Source: Candidatus Woesearchaeota archaeon
GTDB taxonomy: Archaea; Nanobdellota; Nanobdellia; SCGC-AAA011-G17; GW2011-AR20
Length of the DNA stretch: 56,306 nt
Reading direction: 5' to 3'
Assembly (NCBI GenBank): GCA_016203115.1
Contig: JACQNJ010000022.1
Span: 1 to 56,306, forward strand
Notes under the pieces: model-generated
Told to the model about the DNA's origin: nothing
Seen by the model: only the letters and a program-made list of their open reading frames with translations
The model's database searches: none
Shown: positions 27,678 to 35,906 of the stretch, piece by piece
Position numbering within the stretch: position 1 is the stretch's first letter
Layout of the letters: each line of letters opens with the position of its first letter
Program-made: the position numbers and the translations under genes

Positions 27678-28571
27678 TTAAGATTTTTTACAGATTGTTA
27701 ATCTACATGCTCTATCATTGAATAAGTCATCTCCAAATGATACTAACTTCCAGTCATTATTACCAAATTCTTCTCTAAATGTGCATCCATTTGTAGCAAG
27801 AAGATTTGTAGACTCCTGGTCATAAGGATCCCACGCAGGTAAAGGATTTCCATTTCCTGCATCAACAAATTGTGCAAGTTGCCCATCTCCGTCAAATGAA
27901 CCTGTAGAAGTACTTGCAGAGATATACAAATCATAGTGATCAACTTCTCCTGCTCCTCCACTAGTATATACCCCCGATATAGCATCATCTATATATGAGA
28001 GACCATAAACATCTACATCGTAGGTCTGACCTAGTTCTACTAAGCAACCAGCACCTGTTCTAGCATTACACCAAGTCAGGACAACATCTCTAAAAGTGGT
28101 TGTTGAAGGAGGGAATACATCTGAAGGGATAACACAAAAATTAGTTATATCTCCAAAACCAGGATCAGTAACTAGATTAGGTGTTGGGTTACACACTGTA
28201 TCGGTATCAGTAGTTATAGCAGCTGATTTACTGAAAGATGTCACTATACACCTAGATGATGGCAGTGGACTTCCTCCAGTTGGCCAACTTGTTTGCTTAA
28301 CGCCACCCAATGTAATTCCACTTCCACTTGTTATCTCTAAATCTCCCTCTACTTTCACGATTCTAGGTGTTGCTGCCTTAGAGGTGATTATATTTGTATA
28401 AAGAACATTGTGACTCTGCTTTGATGTATCCCATGCAGGGCTTGTAAATGTTTGAGCGATTACATATAAAGAACTGAATAGCAAAATAGTGATCGATAAG
28501 AATATGTATAGATGTTTTTTTTCTATATGAATTTGCATACTTGCACCTCTTTTCAAAAAAGATAAATTCAT
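27678..28571 (-). CDS. secreted/membrane-anchored Cys-containing protein of unknown function
   Basis: N-terminal hydrophobic segment LYIFLSITILLFSSLYVIAQ. The mature part is rich in Thr/Ser/Gly/Asp and has 10 Cys. It lies 21 nt downstream of the SLT gene on the same strand. GC is ~42-43% in two 60-nt samples. Confidence 0.5.
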   Translation of the reverse strand: MNLSFLKRGASMQIHIEKKHLYIFLSITILLFSSLYVIAQTFTSPAWDTSKQSHNVLYTNIITSKAATPRIVKVEGDLEITSGSGITLGGVKQTSWPTGGSPLPSSRCIVTSFSKSAAITTDTDTVCNPTPNLVTDPGFGDITNFCVIPSDVFPPSTTTFRDVVLTWCNARTGAGCLVELGQTYDVDVYGLSYIDDAISGVYTSGGAGEVDHYDLYISASTSTGSFDGDGQLAQFVDAGNGNPLPAWDPYDQESTNLLATNGCTFREEFGNNDWKLVSFGDDLFNDRACRLTICKKS

Positions 28572-28592
28572 TTTTCTTTAAATATCTTTCTT

Positions 28593-29432
28593 TTATAGAT
28601 TATTTGGTGTATTGCTTGAAGAGTAAGCTAATTCTTGCAATGTTCTATTTCTTTTATTCCAATATTCTTGATACTTTTTCACTATTTGAGGATATCTTGA
28701 TTTTATTCTGTGAAATTCTCTGTGGTTTGGTCCTACATTATACGCTTTTAGAGCTAAATCCCAATCTCTAAATCGGTTATATAACTGCCTGAGATATCTG
28801 GCACCATTATCTATACTTTTTGAATCATTAAATCTTTCATCCATTTTGGCCAATTCGTGCAGATTAGTTCTATGGTTTGTTACTAAAAAGTCTAGAGCCC
28901 TGCCATATACTTTGCTTTTTACAGGCATTTCATCTGTTTGATACCACACTTTTAAACCCAGTTCATGTGCTGTCGATGGCATTAATTGACTTAATCCAGC
29001 CGCTCCTACAGGCGAAACTGCGTATGTGTTTCCTTTACTTTCATGCATAATCAATCCAGCAAATAATCCAGGAGGGATACTATATCTTTTTTCTGCTGCT
29101 TCTATGGCTGTAACATATTCTAAAGTTGGTGCATATCTCCTTTCTATTAATGGGTTTATTTGTATTAAATCTTGTAAAATTAGTTGCCGTATTTGCGGCC
29201 TTCTTTCTTCTGCAGGCTTTTCTTCCTGCACTAAAACTGTTTCTTCTAGAGGCAATATTGGCTCTTTTACACTTGACTGATATGCACAACTCAAATTATT
29301 ACACAGCCATATAGACCCGATTACTGGTATTGCATGCTTTGCAATATTCAGGATATAACTTGAAACGCCCCTATTTGAGATAGTTGTTCCTAGATCCTTT
29401 TGGATGTAACTGGTGAATTGTATTTCTCTCAT
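28593..29432 (-). CDS. lytic transglycosylase (SLT domain, family 1-like)
   Basis: GLIMHESKGNTYAVSPVGAAGLSQLMPSTA contains the catalytic E-S motif and the GLxQ motif. Downstream are NGARYLRQL and LKAYNVGPN (AYNxG). A hydrophobic N-terminal segment is also present. Confidence 0.85.
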   Translation of the reverse strand: MREIQFTSYIQKDLGTTISNRGVSSYILNIAKHAIPVIGSIWLCNNLSCAYQSSVKEPILPLEETVLVQEEKPAEERRPQIRQLILQDLIQINPLIERRYAPTLEYVTAIEAAEKRYSIPPGLFAGLIMHESKGNTYAVSPVGAAGLSQLMPSTAHELGLKVWYQTDEMPVKSKVYGRALDFLVTNHRTNLHELAKMDERFNDSKSIDNGARYLRQLYNRFRDWDLALKAYNVGPNHREFHRIKSRYPQIVKKYQEYWNKRNRTLQELAYSSSNTPNNL

Positions 29433-29632
29433 TTTAATTGCTTAAGAACGGAGTTCCGAACGAATAGGAACCTATTTATAAAGTTTACTGCTGGGCTGAT
29501 ACATATAAATTTTGAACAATGAAAGAACTGATTGCCCTTTATTCTCAGATATACCACCGTTTTGCTTGTTTTTTGATGAATTTTTTTATTTATAAATCTT
29601 TCTATTTGTTACCACTTTTAAGTTTATATAAA

Positions 29633-29965
29633 CTAAGAACTATTAGCTTGTGCAGGCTTCTCTTCCAGCCTAAACAAAATTGTTACTCGATAAACTTTTT
29701 TAGAAGTCATGTGATTGATGCCAAATAAACTTCTTGAGATAACTACTTTTCCTTTGAACTTTGACTTTAACCTTCTGCCTAATATTTGAGCGAATTTTTG
29801 AGATGTCAAGTAAAGATCAATGCCTGTCTTTAATTCTTCTTCTTTTGAAATCAAACAATCATCTCTTTTGTCTATTTGCGCATAGACAAAATCCAAGATT
29901 TCTTTTTTATAAGGTCTTAACTGCAGCTTTGCTTGATAGTACTGATCTTTAGAGTAGATTGTCAT
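29633..29965 (-). CDS. small protein resembling the central domain of NMD3-family ribosome-biogenesis proteins
   Basis: AKLQLRP...TGIDLYLTS...ISRSLFGINHMTSKKVYRVTILFRL loosely matches the NMD3 pattern (iQlR...GiDlYl...L.G.d..tgk..yR.t). No N-terminal Zn-binding Cys motifs. Confidence 0.3.
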   Translation of the reverse strand: MTIYSKDQYYQAKLQLRPYKKEILDFVYAQIDKRDDCLISKEEELKTGIDLYLTSQKFAQILGRRLKSKFKGKVVISRSLFGINHMTSKKVYRVTILFRLEEKPAQANSS

Positions 29966-30255
29966 GTTCTTATCATATATGAAATTGGAATTTTTCTTAT
30001 TTTAATAATAGAATTCTTTTCTATAATGTTATTATCTAATGCTAGTTTTATTGATTCTTTTCCTACGATGTTGGCATTATTGCAGTTTTTGAGAACCAAA
30101 ATTATTTTTTCTTTTGGCAGTTCCTCTCCCTTGTAGAATCTTTCTGATATTTCAATATGTAATTTTCCCTCCTCAAAAATTTTGCCTATTAAATCATCGT
30201 CGCAAAGCGAAACTATCTCGCTATTTTCGCTTTTATGTACTTTTAATAACATCAT
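29962..30255 (-). CDS. DUF424-family protein
   Basis: Trimmed to the ATG at 30255, just after the aIF2-beta stop. MMLLKVHKSENSEIVSLCDDDLIGK...FYKGEEL...NIVGKESI matches the DUF424 pattern, which is commonly linked to aIF2-beta. Confidence 0.5.
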   Translation of the reverse strand: MMLLKVHKSENSEIVSLCDDDLIGKIFEEGKLHIEISERFYKGEELPKEKIILVLKNCNNANIVGKESIKLALDNNIIEKNSIIKIRKIPISYMIRT

Positions 30256-30659
30256 ATTTTTGCTTTTACAGGATGCTTTGCGCCGCATGCTGTGCATTTA
30301 ATTGTTGTAACTCGATCTTCTTTTTTTAACTGAGTATCTGGCTTTTTGCATTCCGGGCAAAGAACAAACAGTTCTGTATACTGCTTTATTCTTTCATTTA
30401 TTAAAGAAGAGGCAATTTTTCTTCCTAAAACTAAACGAGGGCCATCAATAGAGGCAGGAGTTGCTAATTCCCTCTGCAGGAATTTTAGCAAATGTTCAGG
30501 CGCCCTTCTTAAAGTTGAGCATATGCCTGCAAAATTTGAAATAACTGTCTTACTTCCTTGAATATGCCCTTGAGCCTTTGGAATATCAAAACGCTCTGTT
30601 GATTCTGCTGACTGAGGCATCTCCTTGTATGCTTTTTTTAATAATTGCTCATACTCCAT
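30252..30659 (-). CDS. eif2b: translation initiation factor aIF-2 beta subunit
   Basis: Central helical region LLKFLQRELATPASIDG and C-terminal zinc ribbon CPECKKPDT...CTACGA. Confidence 0.9.
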   Translation of the reverse strand: MEYEQLLKKAYKEMPQSAESTERFDIPKAQGHIQGSKTVISNFAGICSTLRRAPEHLLKFLQRELATPASIDGPRLVLGRKIASSLINERIKQYTELFVLCPECKKPDTQLKKEDRVTTIKCTACGAKHPVKAKI

Positions 30660-30691
30660 GCAATAACTCTAGAAAAATAGGTTTTTAAGGA

Positions 30692-31366
30692 TTATGTTAG
30701 CTTTACTTTAGATGAAGAGATATTAAAAACTTCCCCTTCTAATAACAAGCTTTGCAAGATTTTTTCTGCTTCTTTCAATCCTGAATTTGATATGACTGCT
30801 GAAATTTCTGCACCGCTTCCGTCATCTAATTCCTCAATCTTGCTCAGGATATTTTGCCTTTTTTGCTCCTGATTATCACTTATCTTTTCTTCCTCGACAT
30901 TGAAATTTTTTTCCTCTGAAATTGGATCCTGCTTTCTAAGGGTTATTGAGAGTGGCTTGGGTTTTCCATATTCATTGTATAATTCTAAGCTCCTTAGTAT
31001 CTGCCATTTTGGCTGGACTCTTTTAACTATTTCCGGAGTAACATAAATTTCATCCTGGTATTCCCTTATTTTCCCAATAATGAGAACGATATCAGAAACA
31101 TTTATTGACCCCAGTAATTTTATGTCTTCCCTCCAAGTTTTGACTCTTATCTGGGCAGAACCATCATCAATCGTTAAAGAAGCATAGTTCTTATCTTCTG
31201 TTTCTGTTTTTTGAACTACTGTTGCTATAAGGTTTATTCTGGATACTTTTTTGCCTTCTACATCAATATAATGCGGCTTAAATTCTCCTGTCTGCTTTAC
31301 ATAACTCCCATTGTTAATGCTTGATAACCATATTCTATAAGCTGGAAGCCTTTCTATTTGTTCCAT
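30692..31366 (-). CDS. OB-fold plus C-terminal winged-helix protein (RPA32/Stn1-like)
   Basis: OB segment INLIATVVQK...LTIDDGSAQIRVKTW...VLIIGKIREYQDEIYV. C-terminal wH-like GAEISAVISNSGL...LLLEGEVFNISSSKVKL. Located 1 nt downstream of mcm. Confidence 0.5.
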   Translation of the reverse strand: MEQIERLPAYRIWLSSINNGSYVKQTGEFKPHYIDVEGKKVSRINLIATVVQKTETEDKNYASLTIDDGSAQIRVKTWREDIKLLGSINVSDIVLIIGKIREYQDEIYVTPEIVKRVQPKWQILRSLELYNEYGKPKPLSITLRKQDPISEEKNFNVEEEKISDNQEQKRQNILSKIEELDDGSGAEISAVISNSGLKEAEKILQSLLLEGEVFNISSSKVKLT

Positions 31367-31367
31367 G

Positions 31368-34300
31368 TTACATCTTTCCTATTACCCCGACTTTTGGTTC
31401 AAAAATTTCCCCTTCTCTTTTTAACTTTTCTATTGATTCTTGAACATGAGACTCATCGATTCCTTTTTCTGCTGCCTCTGCAATAATCTCTTCTATAGGG
31501 ATATTTTTTCCTAGTTTTTTATCCAGCTCTGAAATAATCTCACGAATAACTACTATTCTTGATCTTTGTGAGGAAGATATTCCGGTGCTCATTCTGTCAA
31601 TATCAAATTGGCCTGTTTCGGGGTCAATGCCAACTTGCATTAAACAATGCCTTAATAATCTTATTGCTCTTTTTGCATCTACTCTTGTTACTTTTTTTGA
31701 TAATCTTACACGTGCTGAGCCTTCTGATAATCTTACCAAGGCTTCTAATTGACGCGCTGAAATAGGGATAGGCTTTATTTCCTGTTCACTTCCGGAAGTA
31801 TTGGTATTTCTCAAGTTTATATAGAAATCCAGAATTTCATCTATTGCTGCATCTGTTAGGACTGGCTCTATCTTCCTTTTTGCATATGTTAAATATTTTC
31901 TAAACAGCTCTGTTTCTATTTCTGATTTTAATTCAGAAGGCTTTTGCTGCAGTTTTAATACATGAGAGGCTATCAGCCTGTCTTTTTCTCTGTTGGGAAT
32001 ATCTCTTATCGGAAATATTAAATCAAATCTGTTTATTAATGCAGGAGGCAGATTTATTTGAGATGCTATTGGAGCATAAGGATCAAATCTCCCTAGTTTA
32101 GGATTTGCTGCTGCTAATACTGTAGTTCTCGTTGTTAATGTTGCCTGAATATTAGCTTTGCTTATACTAATCCTTTGCTGCTCCATTGCTTCATGCAGAG
32201 CAGAAGTATCTTCCACTGACATCTTGTCTAATTCATCAATCATGCAATAGCCATCATTTGCTAATACCATTGCTCCTGCTTCTAGAGCCCAACCTTTTAG
32301 AAATTCATCTTTGACAACTGCAGCAGTTAATCCTGCGGATGAAGCGCCTTTTCCAGAGACAAATCTTGCTTTAGGTGCTATTTTTGCTACAAAACTTAAA
32401 ATTTGAGATTTACCGGAGTTATGACAAACTATTCCATTTGCTATGAATCTCTTGCTTATTGGTACTTCAAAATCGTATACATCCATAACTCCAGAAGGTA
32501 CGATGTCAATAATTTTTTCCCATCTCTGGAATTTTTTTCTTTTACTCATTTCATCTTTGTTTTTTATTACATCTAGCGTATTAAGCAAAGCTTTTTTCTT
32601 TTTTTCAGAGTTAAAACCTATATATTTGGCAAATTTTTCCATATCGTGAGATCTTCTAATGCAAAGATTATCGCCTACTATTCTGGAATGTATTCCGAAA
32701 TAAAGAAGCAAAAGCTGGACATCTTTTAATAGATCACTAGTTTTTGATTTCAGTTGAATTGCCGTTCTTCCTCTGCCCTTACCAAATGTACATCCATCTG
32801 CTTCAAATAGCCAACTAACAAATTTTGAAACTACATTTATTGGACTTCTAAATATTTGCTGAGGAACTCTCTTGCTTGATAAAAATGAAAGTGAATGAGC
32901 AATTTGTTTGCTGTTGAGTTCTAAAATGTGCATATTTTGCTTTGATATAAATTTTCTTAATAGCCCATTTCCGTCATCGATTGTTTTTACCTTATTATTT
33001 GTTCTAGTGAATATAGAAGGATTTATGTTAAATGATTCTTTACAAAACATAGAAAGAGGTTCTAGTATGTCTTTTTCTTCTTCATTAATATAACAAGTAA
33101 CCCTATATCCTTTCGGGTGTATGTTTCCATCGCCAATAATATAACCACATAAAGAAGCTAGTTCTGGTGTGAATTTTTCTGGGATTGCTACATCTTTTAA
33201 TTTTCCATATGTTTTTTCTACTTTTTTGAATTCCGTTGGCGCAAGGGATTTTGTCATGTTAGGGATTTTAGGCATTACCCTTATTTTAGTGCCTAGTGTG
33301 ATCTCATCTGCTCTTGCCCATCCTTTTTTTGTTAGGAATGGTTGGTTAAAAGTGCAAATAACTTCTTTTCCTGTTTCTGTAATTATTTTAAGTACAGGTT
33401 GACATGGGTAATGCTGGAATAAAGTAGCATAATCATAATATTTATCCTTACTATTTTTTCTTATTTTTGTAACAGCTTCTTTTATTGGTTGTAGGTGTTT
33501 TTGGCCTAAATTTTGTATTTTCTCCATTCCTTTGTAGATTAAAGCCACTTGAGAATTTCCGGCAATACAACCAGGATCACCACATAAAAGTATATGCATG
33601 TCTCCCCTTGTAACTGTACCGTCTTCTTTTTTCTTCCTAACACCACCCATTAATTGAATGACAATTGCTTCCTTGACATCATCATGACCGAATATAGAGG
33701 GCGCTATTGACTGAATGAATTTTTCATATACTCTTTCATCTTTTGATAATTCTTTTATTTGCTTTTCCTCTTCTGGATCTATCTCAATGTCCTGATAGGT
33801 TTCATCAATTGGCTCTATGAAGTTAGAGTCCATCATTAAATCATACCTAATAGATTGAGCTCCTGTTCTAAGCATGATTGGAACTTCTTTAACAATGCCA
33901 TATACCCTTACTTTAGTGCCTGGTGTTGTTTTTCTTTCCATTTTTGGCTCTACAAGATCTTCTTTTAGAAAAACAGATAGTCTTTTGGGCTGCTCTCCTC
34001 CCTCTAAAGCTTCTGGAGCTTCTTCTAAAACTAGCCTCTGCGCATCTACTAAATTCTTTGAGATTAACCTAAATTTACCTCTTCTTCCACATGTACATCT
34101 TGATGGCTCTTTAAACCTTGTCTCTAACTGCAATATTGAGATAGTGTTACCGCATGAGGGACATTCAAACTTTGCAGAAGTTACCTGAGGCCTTACATCA
34201 GAAGATTGCCTTACAATACCTTCAATATACATTAATCTGTTTATGTTAGCGCTTCTGATATTCCTTATTGCGATGTGCTGGTTTTCCCTAAGATTTTTGA

Positions 34301-34532
34301 ATCTTACCCTGCACTCATCTATTTCATAGCCCTCTAAGGCAAGCTCAAACCCTCTTATTACATCTTCTGGGTGCTCTAACAGGTAATCTGCCATTTCTGG
34401 ATCGTGCTTGACTAAATCAGCAAAATCTACTACTAATGTTGTAATTCCCTGGCTAATCAAATTGTGAATCTTTTTCTCATAGAATGTATCCAAGAAATCT
34501 TTTGCCCTTTGAATTTGCTCGTGAGAATCCAT
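31368..34532 (-). CDS. mcm: MCM replicative helicase, interrupted by an in-frame intein in the Walker A loop (extein 670 aa)
   Basis: Zn motif CPSCGN...CTCG. The Walker A motif is split as LLCGDPG|...|SGKSQ. Walker B is CMIDELDKM, the arginine finger is INRFDLIF, and a C-terminal wH is present. Confidence 0.95.
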   Translation of the reverse strand: MDSHEQIQRAKDFLDTFYEKKIHNLISQGITTLVVDFADLVKHDPEMADYLLEHPEDVIRGFELALEGYEIDECRVRFKNLRENQHIAIRNIRSANINRLMYIEGIVRQSSDVRPQVTSAKFECPSCGNTISILQLETRFKEPSRCTCGRRGKFRLISKNLVDAQRLVLEEAPEALEGGEQPKRLSVFLKEDLVEPKMERKTTPGTKVRVYGIVKEVPIMLRTGAQSIRYDLMMDSNFIEPIDETYQDIEIDPEEEKQIKELSKDERVYEKFIQSIAPSIFGHDDVKEAIVIQLMGGVRKKKEDGTVTRGDMHILLCGDPGCIAGNSQVALIYKGMEKIQNLGQKHLQPIKEAVTKIRKNSKDKYYDYATLFQHYPCQPVLKIITETGKEVICTFNQPFLTKKGWARADEITLGTKIRVMPKIPNMTKSLAPTEFKKVEKTYGKLKDVAIPEKFTPELASLCGYIIGDGNIHPKGYRVTCYINEEEKDILEPLSMFCKESFNINPSIFTRTNNKVKTIDDGNGLLRKFISKQNMHILELNSKQIAHSLSFLSSKRVPQQIFRSPINVVSKFVSWLFEADGCTFGKGRGRTAIQLKSKTSDLLKDVQLLLLYFGIHSRIVGDNLCIRRSHDMEKFAKYIGFNSEKKKKALLNTLDVIKNKDEMSKRKKFQRWEKIIDIVPSGVMDVYDFEVPISKRFIANGIVCHNSGKSQILSFVAKIAPKARFVSGKGASSAGLTAAVVKDEFLKGWALEAGAMVLANDGYCMIDELDKMSVEDTSALHEAMEQQRISISKANIQATLTTRTTVLAAANPKLGRFDPYAPIASQINLPPALINRFDLIFPIRDIPNREKDRLIASHVLKLQQKPSELKSEIETELFRKYLTYAKRKIEPVLTDAAIDEILDFYINLRNTNTSGSEQEIKPIPISARQLEALVRLSEGSARVRLSKKVTRVDAKRAIRLLRHCLMQVGIDPETGQFDIDRMSTGISSSQRSRIVVIREIISELDKKLGKNIPIEEIIAEAAEKGIDESHVQESIEKLKREGEIFEPKVGVIGKM
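32418..33569 (-). mobile_element. MCM P-loop intein with LAGLIDADG homing-endonuclease domain (384 aa, residues 322-705)
   Basis: Starts CIAGNSQVAL (Cys1). LAGLIDADG motifs are LASLCGYIIGDGN and FVSWLFEADGC. Ends VYDFEVP...FIANGIVCHN, followed by +1 Ser. Block B reads CTFNQPFLT, with Gln where TxxH normally has His. Confidence 0.9.
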
Positions 34533-34604
34533 AATTGAGAGTATAGCTTAATTTATTTAAATGGTTTATTGTGGTGGGGAGAATATTATAAAGAAAATTA
34601 AATG

Positions 34605-35108
34605 TTAGAATCCTGTATAAATATATCCGTTAACGAATATTGGATTCATATTTGCAGTATGAAAGCTTGGTGTATTTACATTACAAAATCCTGGCTGATC
34701 ATATGCCATTAGTAATACTCCGTTTGATCCCCCTGATATAATGGGCCCATTAAAAGCTCTACTAGAACCACGTGGTATTACTCTTTGATTGTCTAATCTT
34801 CCAGAGACCTCTACTGCAATACATCCTATAACTTTGTAGCATGTATCTCCATATTCTTCCAATCTTATATCTTGCCCTATTTTAATATATTCACCCGTCG
34901 TAGCTCTACACTCGCCTGGTTGATCCTCATGTGCGTATGGATTCCCAATAAATGCCTTTACGTTTAAAGAGTCAGATCCAATTTTATAAGTATAGCTAAC
35001 CTCGTTTACAGTGGAACTTGCTCTTTTCCCCACTGTTTGTTGACAACCCGCAATAAATAAAACAGAAATTACAATTAAAGAAAAAATCACTAAATTCCTC
35101 TTTTGCAT
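34605..35108 (-). CDS. secreted lipoprotein-like protein, paralogue of 50830..51291
   Basis: MQKRNLVIFSLIVISVLFIAGCQQ signal/lipobox. Shares GDTCYKVIGC with the paralogue's AGCYQIVDC. A 45-nt block spanning the promoter and the first 5 codons is identical to the paralogue. Confidence 0.55.
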   Translation of the reverse strand: MQKRNLVIFSLIVISVLFIAGCQQTVGKRASSTVNEVSYTYKIGSDSLNVKAFIGNPYAHEDQPGECRATTGEYIKIGQDIRLEEYGDTCYKVIGCIAVEVSGRLDNQRVIPRGSSRAFNGPIISGGSNGVLLMAYDQPGFCNVNTPSFHTANMNPIFVNGYIYTGF

Positions 35109-35146
35109 GAAAAGTAGAAAGTAATTTGAGATATATCTACATTTCG

Positions 35147-35213
35147 GCTACATGGAACTTAAGAGGACTAAATAATTTTAGCATACTAAGGCAAATGCTT
35201 AGCAGCTAAACGG
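35147..35213. repeat. 67-nt repeat, copy A (inverted partner at 56197..56263)
   Basis: Ungapped alignment to the reverse complement of 56197-56263 gives 60/67 identities. Contains nested stems (uuuagc/gcuaaa around cuaag/cuuag). Confidence 0.8.
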
Positions 35214-35235
35214 ACACGGTTTATTTTTTAAAATT

Positions 35236-35787
35236 TTACTTTACTTTTTTTAGAACAACCACTAATTTCTTTACAGCTTCCTTGAGTTTTGTTTCTGACT
35301 TGGTTCCTGTGCAGACTATTTTTCCATTGCTGAATAACAAAAATGTAGCTCTTGTACCTGATAATTTGTAGACTAGACCTGGAAACTGCTCTGGTTCATA
35401 TTCTGTGTTATCTAGTTTCATTGCTAAAGAATTCAAGTTTAAATCCATGAAAATAGAACCTGAAGCTACCATGTTTTGCACGTTGATTTTAGGCTTTACT
35501 TTTATTCTTATCTTTATTTTAGCTAAGTTTTTTATAATTTTTTGTAAGGATTCTTTTACTTTAACTAATGATTTTGCGCCTGTTAAGACTATTTTGCCTG
35601 AGCTGAATATTAAAGCCGAGGTTTTAGGATCCTTTATCCTCATAACCAAGCCAGGGAATTGTTCAGGATTATATTCGGTGTTTGGCAGAATTTCTGCGAG
35701 TTTGATTAAAGGAATGTCATGTTCAAGGGAAGTAGAAACAACAATATTTTGGATGGTGATCTCGTAAGTTTTTGTTTGTGTGGACAT
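35236..35787 (-). CDS. tbp: TATA-box binding protein
   Basis: Two direct TBP repeats (NIVVSTSL...EQFPGLVMRI...SGKIVLTGAKS and NMVASGSI...EQFPGLVYKL...NGKIVCTGTKS). GGAGGG SD-like sequence 8-9 nt upstream of the ATG. Confidence 0.95.
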   Translation of the reverse strand: MSTQTKTYEITIQNIVVSTSLEHDIPLIKLAEILPNTEYNPEQFPGLVMRIKDPKTSALIFSSGKIVLTGAKSLVKVKESLQKIIKNLAKIKIRIKVKPKINVQNMVASGSIFMDLNLNSLAMKLDNTEYEPEQFPGLVYKLSGTRATFLLFSNGKIVCTGTKSETKLKEAVKKLVVVLKKVK

Positions 35788-35838
35788 TAAAAAATCCCTC
35801 CAGTTTAGATTATTTATAAGATATATATAAGTTTTTGC

Positions 35839-35872
35839 AAAAGTATTTAAATCCTTCTTAAAAGTATTTAAA
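35839..35872 (-). promoter_or_regulatory. two identical 13-nt TATA-like direct repeats (aaaagtatttaaa) upstream of tbp
   Basis: Copies at 35839-35851 and 35860-35872 (21-nt period), 52-85 nt upstream of the tbp ATG. A further TATA-like tatttataa lies at 35811-35819. Confidence 0.3.
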
Positions 35873-35906
35873 AGGTTTTTGGAATGTTTTTATGATATAG
35901 TGGTGG

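Noticed and set aside
29433-29632. The largest intergenic gap (200 nt), examined for an ncRNA or small ORF, including track ORF 29519..29728
   Set aside because: I found only a TATA-like tttataaata on the minus strand and a weak 5-bp hairpin (gttcc/ggaac) in the SLT leader. The track ORF overlaps the NMD3-like gene and is low-complexity. There are no tRNA-like or box C/D features.
35147-35213. 67-nt repeat as a tRNA fragment (attachment site) or box C/D sRNA
   Set aside because: No T-loop (GTTCRA) or acceptor-type pairing, and no RUGAUGA/CUGA boxes. Kept only as an unclassified structured repeat.
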